Shown here: one piece after another, positions 36,905-46,083 of the stretch
How the letters are laid out: each line of letters opens with the position of its first letter
Position numbering within the stretch: position 1 is the stretch's first letter
Source of the DNA: a virus
Reading direction: 5' to 3' (one strand)
Virus record (IMG/VR): IMGVR_UViG_3300028920_000034
Coordinates: 64,001 to 128,000 of that record
DNA: 64,000 nucleotides
Program-made: the position numbers and the translations under genes
Notes under the pieces: model-generated
Told to the model about the DNA's origin: nothing
The model's input: the letters and a program-made list of their open reading frames with translations, nothing else
Databases searched by the model: none

Positions 36905-37033
36905 TCATCCTCGCGGCCCCTGGCCTGCATTGAATCCCACCAGAAGCCCGAGCATGAAACCGATCACGAAGCCAAGACTGGCCCCGGACACGAAGTTAGG
37001 CGCTACGGGCATCATGGGTACTGCTTCATCCAT
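36905..37033 (-). CDS. Small single-TM peptide (42 aa)
   Basis: Hand translation MDEAVPMMPVAPNFVSGASLGFVIGFMLGLLVGFNAGQGPRG. Confidence 0.45.
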   Translation of the reverse strand: MDEAVPMMPVAPNFVSGASLGFVIGFMLGLLVGFNAGQGPRG

Positions 37034-37164
37034 TGCCACTCATCGCTGGCTTGGGATCTAGTCTGAACGCGCCGACACCTCCGGCAATATCGGAACTTCT
37101 GCCCCCGGGCCGTGTACCACGAATGGCCGAAGATCCGGCACAGTATTCCACTGATGCGAGCCAT
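37012..37164 (-). CDS. Small C-x3-GH...CxxC protein (DUF1660-like)
   Basis: Hand translation MARISGILCRIFGHSWYTARGQKFRYCRRCRRVQ... Confidence 0.55.
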   Translation of the reverse strand: MARISGILCRIFGHSWYTARGQKFRYCRRCRRVQTRSQASDEWQWMKQYP

Positions 37165-37213
37165 GCTGGTGTCGCTTTCACCCCAAGATACTAGCCGGGA
37201 TCGCGTGAGAAAT

Positions 37214-37450
37214 CTATCGCTTGCGGATCCGATACCGACGCGGCTGCTCCGAACGGGGTTCGATGGAGCCGGTACGCTTGCACGTCAGGCACCGCCAGTA
37301 GCGCCCCTGTCCGTCCTCACCGGAGCGAAGCCTACCGCTCCCACAGGTGGGGCAATTCCGAGGCGCTTGGGGCCACACCAGCTCCTCTGGCTCCTCCTCC
37401 TGGCCCGCCAGGGGAAACACCAGATCGAAGGGATCCCGCGCCGCGGTCAC
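37214..37450 (-). CDS. Small Zn-ribbon protein
   Basis: CPTCG...WRCLTC; GTG start overlaps the upstream stop. Confidence 0.6.
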   Translation of the reverse strand: MTAARDPFDLVFPLAGQEEEPEELVWPQAPRNCPTCGSGRLRSGEDGQGRYWRCLTCKRTGSIEPRSEQPRRYRIRKR

Positions 37451-38061
37451 GGGCGCGCGGGAGCTGGACGTGAATCGGTTGCCGGAGGGGCCGCGGGTGG
37501 CCGTGGCGCCGGGGCCGGGGGAGCTGCCGCCGGGGCCGGGGGCGCCTGGCAGCCAAACGCCTTCATCATGTCCAGGAACATCTGGACGGTCTTTTTCGCT
37601 TTCTCTGGTAGGAACTCGAGGGCCTGGGCCACGAAACACGCGCTGGCCTTCACCACAGGTAGCACGTCCAAGGGGAGACCTGACTTCTGGGCCTCCGCCA
37701 AGGTGATACTTGCCTCCGCAGTTGTGAACCCGGCGTTGGCCGTCTTCTCGGCTTGGGGCCACGTGACCGTCATGAAGTGCTTGAACTTGGCGTAGCAGCT
37801 CACCCAGGTCGGATCCGCGCTGTGGTCCTGCCCCATGCAGGCTCGGTACTTCACCGTCCCCGGCTTGTCCACCTTTTCGCAGATCGGGATCTTGCACGCA
37901 TCCTGCTTTGCCTTGTCCGCCGTAGTCAGGCCGATGTTCGCCATGCTCAGGGCCGCCCGGCCCGACTGGACAGCCACCTTGGCCGCGAAGAACTTGTCCG
38001 CGCATCCGGTCACCAGCATCACCGCCAGCACCGCCGGGAGCACTCGCATCATCCGTTTCAT
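37447..38061 (-). CDS. Lipoprotein (helical, Cys-containing, Pro-rich tail)
   Basis: MKRMMRVLPAVLAVMLVTG|C lipobox; AGGAGG RBS. Confidence 0.75.
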   Translation of the reverse strand: MKRMMRVLPAVLAVMLVTGCADKFFAAKVAVQSGRAALSMANIGLTTADKAKQDACKIPICEKVDKPGTVKYRACMGQDHSADPTWVSCYAKFKHFMTVTWPQAEKTANAGFTTAEASITLAEAQKSGLPLDVLPVVKASACFVAQALEFLPEKAKKTVQMFLDMMKAFGCQAPPAPAAAPPAPAPRPPAAPPATDSRPAPARP

Positions 38062-38092
38062 CTTGGACTCCTCCTGGCCCCCTCGGGGCCGT

Positions 38093-38368
38093 TCATGGTT
38101 CGCCGGGCATCGCCCGGATGATCTTCCAGTCCCGCGCCGTTTCGCGCCTGGTAGCCGGCCGGCTTCGCACCTGGCGCCTCGAGCACCACACCCGGAACTC
38201 CTCCGCAGTACACGCGCCCACACGCGGGCCCCCGTGACCATTGCGTTCGATGTACTTGAGCTCATCGCCTTGCTTCGCGTACACGCGCCTGGAGTGAGTT
38301 GGGCTCTCGAATACCAACCTGGCCAACGAATTCAGATCTGCCTCGCCAATGCGAAACGAGCTCGCCAT
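38093..38368 (-). CDS. Hypothetical protein
   Basis: Likely start MASSFRIG with AGGAGG RBS. Confidence 0.55.
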   Translation of the reverse strand: MASSFRIGEADLNSLARLVFESPTHSRRVYAKQGDELKYIERNGHGGPRVGACTAEEFRVWCSRRQVRSRPATRRETARDWKIIRAMPGEP

Positions 38369-38406
38369 CGGCTCCCTCCTGGTGGCCCAGCCCCGGGCCT
38401 CACTCA

Positions 38407-38682
38407 CTACGCCGGAGGCGTTCCTCCACACGTGCTCACCCCCACGTCTGCATACTCCCACAGCTTGTCCACTGGCACGAAGAACGGCTTGTCCAGGATC
38501 TCGAGCTCAAGTGTCTCCGCCTGGTCATCCCAGGCGTACCCGAGCTTGAACCGAAGGGTCCCGAAGAACTCGACCGCCCCGTCTGGTGTGCTCGGCATTT
38601 CGATGGCCGCCGCCCCGAGGCCAGCCCGGATGGCATCCATCACCTCGGAGGTGACTGCCGTATAAGTCCTGGTGTCCGCCAT
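38407..38682 (-). CDS. Hypothetical protein
   Basis: 91 aa, AGGAGGAG RBS, globular composition. Confidence 0.7.
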   Translation of the reverse strand: MADTRTYTAVTSEVMDAIRAGLGAAAIEMPSTPDGAVEFFGTLRFKLGYAWDDQAETLELEILDKPFFVPVDKLWEYADVGVSTCGGTPPA

Positions 38683-38765
38683 GCTGTTCTCCTCCTACAG
38701 CGAGGAGGGCAGCTTACCACGGACAGATCGAACGATGAAAGGGCGGGAAAAATGAAACAGTGCTG

Positions 38766-39200
38766 CTACGGTCCGCTCACCCGGACAATCACCGCTCTCT
38801 CGCCAGTATTGGCTCCACCCATGACTCGAATCCCGGACGGGAACGTGTAGTATCGCCCAGCGGCGGGACCATTCGCTCCACCGTCGCCGCCCATCTTCTT
38901 GAGCATCTTGTCCAAGGGCTCCCATACCATGTTGGCCATCGCCACCAGGTTGTCAGGGGCGTTGGGGATGCTTTTGTAGCCGATGTTGAACACCCGGCTG
39001 TCCCCCCGCTTGAGAGCTCGAAGGCGCTTGATCCCCTGCTTCTTGAGCTGGGCTTTGATCTTGTCTGCCATGCTGATGATCTCAGCCACTTGCTCCTCGC
39101 TCGCAGCTTCACCCATGGCGCCAGTGGCACCAATGGCAGGAAAGTCCACCAGGCCCTGGTGCCCTCGCTCCTCCCGGAGCAATGCGTCTAGCCGATCCAT
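38766..39200 (-). CDS. Cargo-type hypothetical protein
   Basis: MDRLDALLREE...MGE|AAS, then a basic domain. Confidence 0.7.
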   Translation of the reverse strand: MDRLDALLREERGHQGLVDFPAIGATGAMGEAASEEQVAEIISMADKIKAQLKKQGIKRLRALKRGDSRVFNIGYKSIPNAPDNLVAMANMVWEPLDKMLKKMGGDGGANGPAAGRYYTFPSGIRVMGGANTGERAVIVRVSGP

Positions 39201-39265
39201 CGTTGCCTCCTTGTTCGCCGGCACGATGGCCGGGGCTTGCTTGAATTCGCGCCCCTATCCTAGCA

Positions 39266-39529
39266 CTACCGGGCGCTCGCATTCCAGTGCTCACCGAGCT
39301 GCTGTAGCCGGAGCTCCAGGAGCTCGCTCTGGCGGAGTCGCTGGCACGCCACCCACACGTGCGCCCAGAACCCCACCGACAACACCATCCCGCACGCGCA
39401 CACGGCCGCAGCGATGTTGTCCATGATGGTGCGGTCCATGATCCCGAACAGCACCGTCCCCAACAGGAACAGCGCGCCGAACACCAGGAACACCCACCCG
39501 ATCATCTTCGGTTTCCGATCTTGTTTCAT
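39266..39529 (-). CDS. Two-TM membrane protein (holin-like topology)
   Basis: Two hydrophobic helices; downstream of element copy 4. Confidence 0.55.
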   Translation of the reverse strand: MKQDRKPKMIGWVFLVFGALFLLGTVLFGIMDRTIMDNIAAAVCACGMVLSVGFWAHVWVACQRLRQSELLELRLQQLGEHWNASAR

Positions 39530-39563
39530 GGCTCCAATCTCCCCGGGCCACCACGGCCCGCAA

Positions 39564-39637
39564 ATCAAACCCTCAAGACTCTTCTCCTCTAACAGAGAGA
39601 GATAAGGTTAAGTAAGAAGAAGCAACAGCCGTGCCAA
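39564..39637 (-). repeat. 74-bp element, copy 4 (most diverged)
   Basis: Reverse complement TTGGCACGGCTGTTGCTTCTTCTTACTTAACCTTATCTCTCTCTGTTAGAGGAGAAGAGTCTTGAGGGT. Confidence 0.88.
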
Positions 39638-39646
39638 GTTGAGGTG

Positions 39647-39910
39647 CTACTTGCGGCGCTGGGCATCGAAGGCCGCACGGGTGGCCTCCACCATCGCCCT
39701 GGTGGCACCGTTGATGTGCTCCCACACGCCGTCCAGCGTGGCCTCGGAGAGCTGGCCTCGCTCGAGCTGGGTTGCGAGCTGGGTGGCCTGGGCCCCAAGG
39801 GCGCGGAGGGCCGAGACGGCACTCTCGCGGTCCTCGCCGGCCGCCGGCCGGACAGTGGGCACGTCCGCCCGCATCCGAACCTCCTCTTTCAACTGTGCCG
39901 CGTAGCTCAT
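39647..39910 (-). CDS. Small helical hypothetical protein
   Basis: 87 aa, GAGGT RBS. Confidence 0.65.
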   Translation of the reverse strand: MSYAAQLKEEVRMRADVPTVRPAAGEDRESAVSALRALGAQATQLATQLERGQLSEATLDGVWEHINGATRAMVEATRAAFDAQRRK

Positions 39911-40013
39911 GGTACACCTCGTCGGGCCGCTTTCGCTTGCTTGCCCTTAACTACCCTTATCGTGCCCGAAATATGGAGGGGATACAAGCCCTGTCAAGGG
40001 CTTAGACGAAAAG

Positions 40014-42245
40014 CTACCTGGTGATGTACTGCGCGTTCACGGTCGCGCGCTGCGTCACCTTGGCCGGATCGCCATCCTTGGAGTGGTTCCAGTTTCCGAT
40101 CTGGAGGTACACGCGCGCCTGGTGACCCACCTTGTGGGTGGGGAGCTTGGGCTGCCGTTTCTCGTAGATGATGCTCTGCATCCCGAGCATCTTCCTGGGC
40201 CCCTCGTCCACGGACCAGCCGTGCGAACTCGCCCAGCCCTGGATGGCTCGCTTGAGCTCCCAGAGCTCCTTGCTCGAAAGCGGCTTCTTGCGCGTGCTCA
40301 GGGCGCTACTCATCTGGGTGTACTGATGTGGTGAGCCCTGATACTCCACCTTGCTGGTGAACTTCGGGCGCTTGATCCCAAGGGGCCGGAGCAATGGCCA
40401 CAGGGCCGCCAGGTCCTTGGGCACGGTGTCACCCTTGATCAGCTTGGGGCGCGCCGCCTCGTCCAGGTCCTCGAGCCCAGCGTCCTGGCGGAGCTCACCC
40501 AGGAGCCCACCGAGGTTGTCCTCGTCCTCCACGGACACGACGTTGCGGTTGCCGCCGGTGGCGATCTCCTCCTTGAACAGATCGGTGAGGGGGCGCCAAT
40601 CGTACTTCCGGTCCCCCTTCCACACCTTCCGCATGTCCACCATGGTCTCGTCCAGCATCTTGGGCTTGACGTTGGCGTTCTTGTGCTCGGTGTAGGTGGA
40701 CACGCTGAATTCGGTCATCCTGGGCGGAATTCGCACGATCATGGTGTGCTTCCCCAGCTTGGACTTCGTGACCCACCGCCCGGACACGGTGCCACCGGTG
40801 CCCTTGTCCCCGGTGAACCCCTTGACGCTGCCACCGATGGCCTTGCGGACCGCCTGGTCCAGCATCTTGATGATCATCATCTTGGCCTGGTGAAGCTGCT
40901 CGGGGCTGGCTGCCTCCCCGAGCTCCTGGTCCTCGAGCTCCATCCGCCCGCGCCCGCGCCCGGTCCCGTGCGGACCCTTGCCGTCCTGGACGCCGCTGCC
41001 CCGAGGTTTTCGACCACACTTGCCCTTGGCCTCCTCGAGCTCACCGAGGAGCTCACCGAGGGAGTCCTGACCCTCGTTCGCGGCGAACGGGCTACGCTTG
41101 TTGCCCGTGCCCAGCACGTACCAGCTCCCGGTGTTCGGGTCCTCGAAGTAACCCTTTTCCCCGCTCAGACCGTGGCCACCGTGGAACACGAGTCCCTGGC
41201 GCTCGGCCCACTTTTTCAGGTAGCCCTCGGAGCCGCGCTTCACCAGCACATAGCCTTGCGAGCTTCCCCGGTCAGGCGCCTTGTAGAGGCCCGCGTGCTT
41301 TTTCATGATGCCCTCGTCCAGCTCCCGCCCCTCGGGGAACAGCCCGGGCTGGCTGCCGGAGGGCATCTTGCTCGCCTTGCGGCGCCGCTTGTCGCGCATC
41401 TTCACGCGCTGCGAGGGCTCGTAGTAGTCCTTGCTGGTGAAGTAGCGATTGAAGATCTCATCCGCCATCATCCGGCCGGAAATCCGCAGCATGATCCCGT
41501 AGAACACCAGAGCCGCGTTGTCCGGGACAGCCCGAAGGTAGCTGCCCATCTTCGGGTGAACCTTGCTGGCGTTCCGAAGGAACATCTGAAATGCCTTGCG
41601 GGGAGCCCTGGCGATCACGTCCTGGGCATCGGGGATGTTGTCCGCGCCGAAAATGGCCGGGAGCTCCTCACGCGGCGCCGCTTCGATGGCGTCTCGAGTC
41701 TTCTTGAATAGGAGCATCTCAGGCCCGTGGCCGCCCTCGTCCTTCATCATTTTCAGCAATGGCGCGTCCACCTTGAACGAGCCAAGGCGACTGCGTTTCC
41801 CGCCGCTGCCCGTGGCCGCCCGCTTCTGGCGCTCGTTCAGGAGCCCAGCGTGGAACAGGATGTTGTCCGACTCCTCGAGCACCACCCCCATGAGGGCGCC
41901 CATCCGTTGCTCGTCCGTGCTCTCCCAGAGGTGCTTTCCCCACTTGCGCTGAATGTCCATTGCCACCTTTCGGGGCGTGAGCCCCTTGGAGCGCCACTTG
42001 AATCCGTGGTGTCCCTCTTCCGTTTCGCTATCGACCCAGGACTCCACGCTCAGGGCCCCTCCGCTGCGAATCGGCATGATGTAGATCACGCCGAAGGGCA
42101 CGTTCACCCCGATGGTGTCCGAGCCTTTGGTCCGGGAGTAGCTGGGGTTGGCGCCCACGGTTCCGTTGAGAATTCCGGCCACCTCGCCCCACCACTTCAT
42201 GAACCCCGTCTTGTCTTCGCGAGCAATCTTGTCCAGCGTTTTCAT
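40014..42245 (-). CDS. Multi-module cargo-type polyprotein (743 aa)
   Basis: Basic modules separated by acidic linkers: VLEE|S, LLNE|R, ELDE|G, SLGELLGELEE|A, ELGE|A, NLGGLLGELRQDAGLEDLDE|A. Confidence 0.8.
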   Translation of the reverse strand: MKTLDKIAREDKTGFMKWWGEVAGILNGTVGANPSYSRTKGSDTIGVNVPFGVIYIMPIRSGGALSVESWVDSETEEGHHGFKWRSKGLTPRKVAMDIQRKWGKHLWESTDEQRMGALMGVVLEESDNILFHAGLLNERQKRAATGSGGKRSRLGSFKVDAPLLKMMKDEGGHGPEMLLFKKTRDAIEAAPREELPAIFGADNIPDAQDVIARAPRKAFQMFLRNASKVHPKMGSYLRAVPDNAALVFYGIMLRISGRMMADEIFNRYFTSKDYYEPSQRVKMRDKRRRKASKMPSGSQPGLFPEGRELDEGIMKKHAGLYKAPDRGSSQGYVLVKRGSEGYLKKWAERQGLVFHGGHGLSGEKGYFEDPNTGSWYVLGTGNKRSPFAANEGQDSLGELLGELEEAKGKCGRKPRGSGVQDGKGPHGTGRGRGRMELEDQELGEAASPEQLHQAKMMIIKMLDQAVRKAIGGSVKGFTGDKGTGGTVSGRWVTKSKLGKHTMIVRIPPRMTEFSVSTYTEHKNANVKPKMLDETMVDMRKVWKGDRKYDWRPLTDLFKEEIATGGNRNVVSVEDEDNLGGLLGELRQDAGLEDLDEAARPKLIKGDTVPKDLAALWPLLRPLGIKRPKFTSKVEYQGSPHQYTQMSSALSTRKKPLSSKELWELKRAIQGWASSHGWSVDEGPRKMLGMQSIIYEKRQPKLPTHKVGHQARVYLQIGNWNHSKDGDPAKVTQRATVNAQYITR

Positions 42246-42249
42246 CCTG

Positions 42250-43149
42250 TCACCTCTTGCGCGTCGTCACGGACAGCTTGGCCACGCCGAACTGGACGTT
42301 GGGCACCTGGGCCGTGATGGTGAAGTAGCCCGGCACGGTCACCAGGAGGGTGTCCTCCTCGTCCGCCAGGGCCGGCTGTTCGATGTACTTGCCGCCCAGT
42401 TTCGGGGCGAGCTTGCGGAGGGCGCTCCGGAGGTTCGCCCACTGGTCTCCCTTGGCCTCGCGATAGACCGGTTTGTACCAGGCCCGCTTCACCCAGTGGG
42501 GAGCCTTCGTGTTGCGGCGCCAGCCTTTGTCCTTGAGCCACTGGTCCAAGATCGGCATGAGCTCCCACGGGTCACGCCGCTGGGCATTGGCCTCGAGGAT
42601 CAGATTACCGAGCTCGCGGACTGCCTGGAGGATGTGCTCCACCTGGGCGAACCGGGTATGCCTGGCCAGAAAACACTTCTCGCACTGGTAGTCCGTCTTG
42701 CGCTTCACGCCGCCGCACGTGGGGCACCTGGTCCGCTTCTTGACTTTGCGCTCCCCGCTGCCCAGGTCCACAGGGATGCTTTGCTGGTGGAGCTTGGCGC
42801 ACCGTGGACACCACTTCGTGCCCTTGCCGGCCGTCTTGGCCAGCTTTCGCTTGCAGTCGATACAGCGCCCCAGGAGCTCACCCGTGTGGGCCTCCTTGCG
42901 CGTGGGGGGCAACCTGAAGTCGGCCAGCTTCTGGCGACGTGTCGCCGGCTCTGGCGGGGGCTCGAGGGGCTCCGGGTCCGCCTGAGCCGGCGCCTGGCGA
43001 GGTGGCCTCCGGGGGTTGGGCACACGTCGCACGCGCGTGCGGGCTCTCGTGGCCCGCTTGCGCTCGGCCGCCCCGGAGAAGTCCAGGCCGATCTGGCTCA
43101 CCTGGGCCCTGAGCTCCATCAGGAGCTCCTGGATCGCCTCAAGGTTCAT
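42250..43149 (-). CDS. Cargo-type protein with four CxxC motifs
   Basis: MNLEAIQELLMELRAQ leader; CIDC, CPRC, CPTC, CEKC. Confidence 0.72.
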   Translation of the reverse strand: MNLEAIQELLMELRAQVSQIGLDFSGAAERKRATRARTRVRRVPNPRRPPRQAPAQADPEPLEPPPEPATRRQKLADFRLPPTRKEAHTGELLGRCIDCKRKLAKTAGKGTKWCPRCAKLHQQSIPVDLGSGERKVKKRTRCPTCGGVKRKTDYQCEKCFLARHTRFAQVEHILQAVRELGNLILEANAQRRDPWELMPILDQWLKDKGWRRNTKAPHWVKRAWYKPVYREAKGDQWANLRSALRKLAPKLGGKYIEQPALADEEDTLLVTVPGYFTITAQVPNVQFGVAKLSVTTRKR

Positions 43150-43151
43150 CC

Positions 43152-43811
43152 CTACCACCCCGGCGCCGGGCGCGCCTCGCGCGGCTTGAGCTTCACCTGG
43201 CCGTGAAGGAGCTGCATCCCGTATTCGGTCCAGAACTCCTTGGGGTTGTAGAACGAATCGATCTCCTGCCCCTGCTTCGCCAGGAGCACGAAGGGGAGGC
43301 GCTGGCTCTGGACTGCCTCGCTTCTGCGCCCGAGGCTCCACCCGTTGGGCAGGAGCACCGTGGTCTGCGGGTACATCTTGAGGGTGGCCAGCGTCTTGCG
43401 GAACACCTCCTGGGCGTCCAGCCCCTCGAGCTCATCCCAGCGCCCCGCCGTGGGGCCCTGGTAGAAGTAGCTGTAGGACTTCCCAGCGCGGCGGATCTTG
43501 ACCACCGATCTCTGATCGGCAAGGCGAGGGCGCGCCTCCATCAGCCCGGACTCCTCGCGGAGCTGCCCGAGGAGCTCACCGAGAGCGTCCCCCTCGAGCA
43601 TTTCGATGTTGCCCATCTTGCGGGGGCTGCCCTTCGGCTCTCCGCTCTCCAGGTCCAGCTCGAGGTAGTAGAGGTTGCCACCCTTGCCGGGCTTCTTGAG
43701 GCTCACCACGTAGGACTTGGCATCCGCTCCCGCGGTCACCACCTCCCACTCCTGGCCGTCCACTTCGATGGTCTCGTAGGGAACGGGGAGCATGTACTGG
43801 GTTGGGGCCAT
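43152..43811 (-). CDS. Two-module cargo-type protein
   Basis: Internal linker ALGELLGQLREESGLME|A. Confidence 0.75.
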   Translation of the reverse strand: MAPTQYMLPVPYETIEVDGQEWEVVTAGADAKSYVVSLKKPGKGGNLYYLELDLESGEPKGSPRKMGNIEMLEGDALGELLGQLREESGLMEARPRLADQRSVVKIRRAGKSYSYFYQGPTAGRWDELEGLDAQEVFRKTLATLKMYPQTTVLLPNGWSLGRRSEAVQSQRLPFVLLAKQGQEIDSFYNPKEFWTEYGMQLLHGQVKLKPREARPAPGW

Positions 43812-43820
43812 GGGGTCCTC

Positions 43821-44444
43821 CTACCGCTTCTCGCGGGTGGCGCTGAGTACCTTGAACGCCTTGTCCTTGCGGAGGCGTTTCAGCTCCAGGCCGGTGACGC
43901 TGGTGATCTCGTAGACGGTGCCGTGCTTCGGGTCCTCGCGGGAGCCCACGTTGCCGTACTCCTCCGCGCGATACCAGGGGTCCGTCTCCCTGGTCATCTT
44001 GCCGGTGGGCGGATTCACCGCCTTCACCTCCACACGCCACCGCACGTAGTCCTCCTCTTTCTCCTGGGGCTGCTTCTTGCCGGCGAGGAGGGCCTTGAGC
44101 TTGCGAGCGCGCTCGGGGTGGTACTTCTGATAGCCGGACTTGAGCCAGGTCTCGGTGCCCTGGCGGATCAGGTCATCCGCGATAGGGCGCTGAATGCGCT
44201 GCTCCTTGCCCATCGAATAGAGCTGTTTGTAGGTCACCGCATCGTCCGTCACCCGGGTCACGAAGATGCCACTGGGCGAGCTCGAGGCGCCCATGAAATA
44301 CACCTGGTTCGGGAAGATGGTCATCCCGCCGAGCTTGCGGAGACCGCCGGACCCGATGGCGTACATGGTCTCGTCCAGGGGCTCGTCCGAGCCGCCGCGG
44401 ATCTGCTCGAGTAGCCGGGCCAGCTTCTGGGTTCTGATGCTCAT
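43821..44444 (-). CDS. Cargo-type hypothetical protein
   Basis: MSIRTQKLARLLEQIRGGSDEPLDE|T leader. Confidence 0.75.
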   Translation of the reverse strand: MSIRTQKLARLLEQIRGGSDEPLDETMYAIGSGGLRKLGGMTIFPNQVYFMGASSSPSGIFVTRVTDDAVTYKQLYSMGKEQRIQRPIADDLIRQGTETWLKSGYQKYHPERARKLKALLAGKKQPQEKEEDYVRWRVEVKAVNPPTGKMTRETDPWYRAEEYGNVGSREDPKHGTVYEITSVTGLELKRLRKDKAFKVLSATREKR

Positions 44445-44456
44445 CGTGTTCTCCTG

Positions 44457-45368
44457 CTACTTGACCGCCAGGTCACCCTTGGCGATGTGAATGGTGGCCA
44501 CCTTGGTGAGCCCCATGAACTTCAGTGCGCGCTTGGCCCCGGAGGCGTCCGGGGCCGTCATCACCAGGTGGAAGTCCGCCTGGCGGGGCTCCTGCATCCC
44601 GGGGAGCTGCACCTGCTTCAGGCGCACCGCCTGGCCGATGGCCTCGAGGGCCGGCCGCCGCATCTCTGCCCCCTCGTCCAACAGGAGCACCCCCTGGTTG
44701 GCCATGGTGAGCTCGCCTTCCACGTAGCGGCCGTTCCGCACCGTCCCGATCAGGCCCTTCATGCTCACCGTGTAGTGCGGGGCGCGAAGGGGCCCCTTCA
44801 CCATCTCCGCGATGCGCCTGGCGATCATGATCCTCCCGGACCCTGGCTGGCCGGTCAGGATGATCGGAATGTCCTGCATGATGGCCTTCAAGATCTGGTC
44901 CACCACCTTTTTCCGGACCGTCAGGTCCCGGAACTGGGTCATCCCGGGCCGGCTCGCGCGGGCCTCGGTGAGCGGCTCCGGTTCGCTGGCTCGCGGCGCG
45001 CGGATGGTCTCCAGGAGGGTGCCCAGCTTGGCCGCCCTGGTCTCCTCCACCGGGCCCAGCTCGCTCAGGTACAGATACCCTGTACCGTCACCGGACTCGA
45101 CCACGCACGCGGCTCCGCCGTCCGGGAGCTCGAAGCATGTCCGGCCGCTTTTGCTCACGGACTCCTCGAGCCCGAGCAATCCAAGGGCATGGGCAAAGCC
45201 TTTGCAGTCCTTGCTCTCGGTGAACGCGATCCACGCCGCTCCCGCCGGGGGGTCCGGCACTCCCAACGCATGGTCCCCATGCTTCGTGTAGGCCACGCTG
45301 TAGCCGCTGCGTTGCATCCGCCGGCTGATGGCCAGCATGGTCTTTCTGTACGGATGGCTGCGTCTCAT
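44457..45368 (-). CDS. Cargo-type protein with truncated ComM/YifB (Mg-chelatase-like) AAA+ domain
   Basis: KLGTLLETIR...PLTE|A linker, then IILTGQPGSGRIMIARRI, LRAPHYTVS..GLIG, GELTMANQGVLLLDEGAEM, ADFHLV. Confidence 0.8.
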   Translation of the reverse strand: MRRSHPYRKTMLAISRRMQRSGYSVAYTKHGDHALGVPDPPAGAAWIAFTESKDCKGFAHALGLLGLEESVSKSGRTCFELPDGGAACVVESGDGTGYLYLSELGPVEETRAAKLGTLLETIRAPRASEPEPLTEARASRPGMTQFRDLTVRKKVVDQILKAIMQDIPIILTGQPGSGRIMIARRIAEMVKGPLRAPHYTVSMKGLIGTVRNGRYVEGELTMANQGVLLLDEGAEMRRPALEAIGQAVRLKQVQLPGMQEPRQADFHLVMTAPDASGAKRALKFMGLTKVATIHIAKGDLAVK

Positions 45369-45378
45369 GTGTCTTCCT

Positions 45379-46074
45379 TTACGCCGGCTTGTACTTGATC
45401 TCCACGGTGTCTCCCAGAATGCCTCGGAAGCCACTCCGGCTCGGGTCTCCGCGCCAATACTCGCGCCCCTTCAGGTAGCCCCATGTCGGATAGGGCTTCC
45501 TTCCTCGCGTGTTGTAGAGCTCGAAATGCTGATCTGCCTTTGATTTCGCCGGAAGGGGAACCTGTGCCCCCTTGAGCACACGTTCTTTTCGGACCACCTT
45601 GCGCTTGCGCTTGTCATACACCTCGTAATACTCGCGCACCGTCACCTTTGCGAGGGCCCACTTGCCAGGATCGGCTGGAACTGGCGACGGCTTGGCCGCT
45701 GGTTTACGTTTCACTCGGGGCGGGGGCGCCCACGCGGGGAGATCTCCGCCAGGCCCATCGAAACCCATGGCCCACTTGGGCACCTCGTCCTCGCCCAGTG
45801 CCTCTTCGCGGAGCTCACCGAGGAGCTCGCCCAGGGAGTCATGGTCCTCCTTGATCCCCTTGAGCACCCATGCCATGGCGTCTTCCTTGGTTTTGAAGCC
45901 GCTGGCCTTCACGTCACGGTTGCGGTAGTTGCGGACCAGCACGTCGCCGCGGGCCGCGCCCCACCCGGCTGCCATCGTTTTCCAGACGGAACCGAGAACC
46001 TTGTTCCCGCGCATGACTTCGTAGCTGTTGCCCTCATCGTTGTACTTTGGTGGAACCAATCTCGCCTTGGCCAT
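45379..46074 (-). CDS. Two-module cargo-type protein
   Basis: Internal DSLGELLGELREEALGE linker. Confidence 0.75.
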   Translation of the reverse strand: MAKARLVPPKYNDEGNSYEVMRGNKVLGSVWKTMAAGWGAARGDVLVRNYRNRDVKASGFKTKEDAMAWVLKGIKEDHDSLGELLGELREEALGEDEVPKWAMGFDGPGGDLPAWAPPPRVKRKPAAKPSPVPADPGKWALAKVTVREYYEVYDKRKRKVVRKERVLKGAQVPLPAKSKADQHFELYNTRGRKPYPTWGYLKGREYWRGDPSRSGFRGILGDTVEIKYKPA

Positions 46075-46083
46075 GATGCTCTC

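Noticed and set aside
39970-39997. Possible sigma70 promoter TTGACA-N16-CATATT upstream of 39910
   Set aside because: The -35 is perfect but the -10 and spacing are weak, so it was not called as a feature.
44457-45368. Host comM split by prophage integration (attachment site)
   Set aside because: The fragment is fused in frame behind the cargo linker, highly diverged and flanked on both sides by phage genes; no integrase or host genes are nearby.
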